Positions 15,360 through 17,027 of a stretch of DNA of 17,027 nucleotides are shown here, in pieces. Positions within the stretch are counted from its first letter, which is position 1; each line of letters opens with the position of its first letter. The stretch is from a virus. The notes beneath the pieces are model-generated. The model had not been told where the DNA came from, did not search any database, and was given only the letters and a program-made list of their open reading frames with translations. The position numbers were made by a program, and so were the translations under genes. The stretch lies in the IMG/VR virus record IMGVR_UViG_3300045988_062861; one strand, given 5' to 3'.

Positions 15360-15641
15360 TTAGTTACGTTTCGGAAGTGGCTCTAACTCTGCCGCATGAG
15401 CGATAAAGTCAGACTCTTTCATACCGTATCTTTTCTCGAACGGCTCTACAGCCAGGATTTTAACGATTTTGAAATCTTCTGTATCATGCTCGTTACGAAC
15501 CTTTTTCAGAAGTTTTTCATCGTTGGTATGCTGACCTCCGATCTCGTAAGTTACATTGCTCGGTTCACAACTTACAGTGTCCATAGCAAGGACTGTTACT
15601 TTTGTACCGAGGACGGTACGAGTTACCATTGATTCTCTCAT
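15360..15641 (-). CDS. Early dsDNA-binding protein, phi29 p6-like (putative)
   Basis: It is the first gene of the early operon, 93 aa. VTRTVLGTKVTVLAMD...EKLLKKVRNEH...KIVKILAVEPFEKRYGMKESDFIAHA follows the pattern of p6 ITKTTVNVAKMVMVD...EQAQWRMKRKY...VQVVSVEPNTEVYELPVEKFLEVA (recalled). GGAGG lies 9 nt upstream. Confidence 0.5.
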   Translation of the reverse strand: MRESMVTRTVLGTKVTVLAMDTVSCEPSNVTYEIGGQHTNDEKLLKKVRNEHDTEDFKIVKILAVEPFEKRYGMKESDFIAHAAELEPLPKRN

Positions 15642-15680
15642 TTCCGCTTTCCTCCTTTTCTTGTATTTTTGTTGTTTCGG

Positions 15681-15816
15681 AAATTATTTTACCAGACGTC
15701 AGAACTCGTCTGGAAGAGCGACCGCGGTGATGAACCGCGTTAAGTCGGCTTGCCGCTCAAGAGGTGGGCGGTTGGCACGCCGCCCTAACAGTGTTGTAAG
15801 AACTATCTCTCTTACT
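15681..15816 (-). promoter_or_regulatory. Structured, G+C-rich 5' leader of the early operon (candidate regulatory RNA or ncRNA)
   Basis: Minus-strand hairpins: GUAAGA/UCUUAC at the predicted 5' end (15815-15796); GGGCGG-8 nt-CCGCCC (15785-15766); GAGCG...CGCUC (15758-54 / 15720-16) enclosing CGCGG-uucauca-CCGCG (15739-23); CCAGACG-8 nt-CGUCUGG (15713-15692), followed by uaaaauaauuu. Confidence 0.5.
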
Positions 15817-15822
15817 GTATTT

Positions 15823-15851
15823 ATTATACCTCTTAACACTGTTTTTGTCAA
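15823..15851 (-). promoter_or_regulatory. Early-operon promoter (perfect TTGACA-17-TATAAT)
   Basis: On the minus strand: TTGACA (15851-15846), 17-nt spacer, TATAAT (15828-15823). The near-palindrome GTGAATAATCAC (15863-15852) abuts the -35. The ITR boundary (15835) lies inside the spacer. Confidence 0.75.
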
Positions 15852-15868
15852 GTGATTATTCACAATTA

Positions 15869-16248
15869 ATTGAAATATTTTGTTATGAGTTAGTTTAGAC
15901 TAACTCGAGCCGCATTAACCAAAAATATTTGCTGTGTAGTTGAATACAACAATATCGTAAATCATTGAAATATTTTGTTATGAGTTAGTTTAGACTAACT
16001 CGAGCCGCATTAACCAAAAATATTTGCTGTGTAGTTGAATACAACAATATCGTAAATCATTGAAATATTTTGTTATGAGTTAGTTTAGACTAACTCGAGC
16101 CGCATTAACCAAAAATATTTGCTGTGTAGTTGAATACAACAATATCGTAAATCATTGAAATATTTTGTTATGAGTTAGTTTAGACTAACTCGAGCCGCAT
16201 TAACCAAAAATATTTGCTGTGTAGTTGAATACAACAATATCGTAAATC
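15869..16248. repeat. Tandem array of four head-to-tail 95-bp units (right arm)
   Basis: Units at 15869-15963, 15964-16058, 16059-16153 and 16154-16248 appear identical by eye. Each carries the 8-bp-stem palindrome gagttagt-ttag-actaactc. Confidence 0.92.
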
Positions 16249-16298
16249 AATGACACGATTATTAAGACCTGTAAAAGTCGTAAAAGTTTGATCTTCAA
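16200..16298 (-). CDS. Right-arm copy of the 32-aa hydrophobic ORF
   Basis: Mirror of 730-828. It ends in the outermost (4th) copy of the 95-bp array, so the product is the same. Confidence 0.4.
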   Translation of the reverse strand: MKIKLLRLLQVLIIVSLIYDIVVFNYTANIFG

Positions 16299-16320
16299 AG
16301 TTTTTCTCCTTTCTAAAGAA

Positions 16321-16581
16321 CTATGCTCCGGTGTAGTAGGTTTTTCGCTCCTTGTTTACATGGTCGATAGCCGTATATACTGGTTTAGGTTTGTTTCCAG
16401 TAATGTATGACATAATACCGTTGCCGTCATTGTCAAGAATGCAAATTTTTACTCTCTCGTCGCACTCTGAAAACAGTGTGATTGACTTTCTGGCGCACGA
16501 TAATACGTTTTGCAAAGTGTCCGTGCGATAGGTAACCATTGACATGTGTCCGCCGATGTAAAGCTTAATCTTGTATTTCAT
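16321..16581 (-). CDS. ITR-encoded 86-aa hypothetical protein (right copy, identical)
   Basis: The ORF-track translation is identical to that of 447-707. Confidence 0.65.
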   Translation of the reverse strand: MKYKIKLYIGGHMSMVTYRTDTLQNVLSCARKSITLFSECDERVKICILDNDGNGIMSYITGNKPKPVYTAIDHVNKERKTYYTGA

Positions 16582-16694
16582 TCTTTTCCTTTCCGCCCGT
16601 TTATGCCGATAGCACAGCTATGTAAGTTATAATACTAACATGCCGCCCTGCAATTCTGTGATATGCTCTGAGCTCATAACTTCAATGATCGTAT

Positions 16695-16784
16695 TCATAT
16701 CTGTTTTTCTGAGTAGAGGTTATAAATTTCCTCGCAAATTACGTCAGCCTTTTTATTGATTTCTACCTGACAGGCTTTTCTCAT
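16695..16784 (-). CDS. Right-arm copy of the 29-aa ITR ORF
   Basis: Mirror of 244-333; cat at 16782-84 is the reverse complement of ATG. Confidence 0.45.
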   Translation of the reverse strand: MRKACQVEINKKADVICEEIYNLYSEKQI

Positions 16785-16825
16785 AACTATTTCCTCCTAT
16801 TCTGTTTTCCTTACCTTGTAACTAC

Positions 16826-16854
16826 ATGATATCACAGGTTTGGTAGTTTGTCAA
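16826..16854 (-). promoter_or_regulatory. ITR promoter P2, right-arm copy
   Basis: Mirror image of 174-202. Confidence 0.7.
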
Positions 16855-16918
16855 GTACTTGTTTTCACCTTTCAAGGTGTTATCCTGTATTGGACTCCTT
16901 TCCTTACCTTGTATCTAT

Positions 16919-16947
16919 AGTATAGCACACGTTTGACAGTTTGTCAA
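16919..16947 (-). promoter_or_regulatory. ITR promoter P1, right-arm copy
   Basis: Mirror image of 81-109 (coordinate = 17028 - x). agtata at 16919-24 is the reverse complement of TATACT. Confidence 0.7.
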
Positions 16948-17027
16948 GCTGTCAATTTGCACAGAATTTTGTTGTAGTTTTTATGAAAAAGGGTGAACTG
17001 ACAAGGGGGGTCTATTTTTTACTGGGC

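Larger units (their letters stand above)
15835..17027. repeat. Right inverted terminal repeat, 285 bp longer than the left arm
   Basis: The reverse complement of 15835-17027 equals 1-908 plus three additional 95-bp units (1193-908=285=3x95). The terminal sequence ...gggtgaactgacaaggggggtctattttttactgggc mirrors bases 1-37. Confidence 0.9.

Noticed and set aside
15556-15855. Plus-strand 99-aa ORF spanning the early leader and promoter
   Set aside because: It overlaps the p6-like start and the G+C-rich leader on the opposite strand. The Arg-rich translation is a by-product of the GC-rich hairpins, and there is no SD.
15869-16248. CRISPR array or mini-array interpretation of the 95-bp repeats
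   Set aside because: The whole 95-bp unit repeats head to tail with no unique spacers, and the unit is far longer than a CRISPR repeat.
1-17027. Terminal inverted repeats as the ends of a transposon or IS element
   Set aside because: There is no transposase or integrase ORF. The interior is a complete protein-primed phage genome, and ITRs are the native replication origins of that replicon type.

Overview
The window reads as a complete linear dsDNA genome (17,027 bp) of a phi29-like, protein-primed podovirus (Salasmaviridae/Picovirinae-like). The host is probably a low-GC Gram-positive bacterium, judging from GGAGG Shine-Dalgarno sites, TGn-extended -10 promoters, an Amidase_5+SH3 lysin and a BhlA-type holin.

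Layout:
- Inverted terminal repeats: 908 bp on the left (1-908) and 1,193 bp on the right (15835-17027). Each carries two consensus promoters, three small ORFs and a 95-bp repeat unit.
- Late operon, minus strand (10337 down to 993): holin, endolysin, gp13-like wall hydrolase, scaffold, major capsid, tail knob, portal, lower collar, and a tail fibre with an SGNH esterase domain.
- A lone plus-strand gp16-like packaging ATPase (10464-11501).
- Early replication operon, minus strand (15641 down to 11667): p6-like, p5-like SSB, terminal protein, family-B DNA polymerase, and a 77-aa ORF.

Most notable observations:
1. A 29/32-matching copy of the genome terminus sits immediately inside the left ITR (909-940). 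This points to ITR growth by end duplication, or to an assembly artefact.
2. The 95-bp repeat is present once in the left arm and four times in the right arm.
3. A dnaX-type A_AAA_AAG slippery heptamer lies in phase near the end of the gp13-like hydrolase gene. Its -1 frame runs without a stop into the scaffolding gene.
4. The endolysin catalytic domain has no ATG/GTG/TTG/CTG start. It most plausibly starts at an ATT that overlaps the holin stop (ATTGA).
5. The ITR boundary falls inside the spacer of the early promoter.
6. The early operon has a G+C-rich, multi-hairpin leader.
7. The late and ATPase promoters are mirror-symmetric and overlap.
8. The tail-fibre gene has a 579-bp in-frame tandem duplication, 405 bp of which is identical between copies.

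All homology calls come from motifs recognised by eye in the translations. No database search was run.
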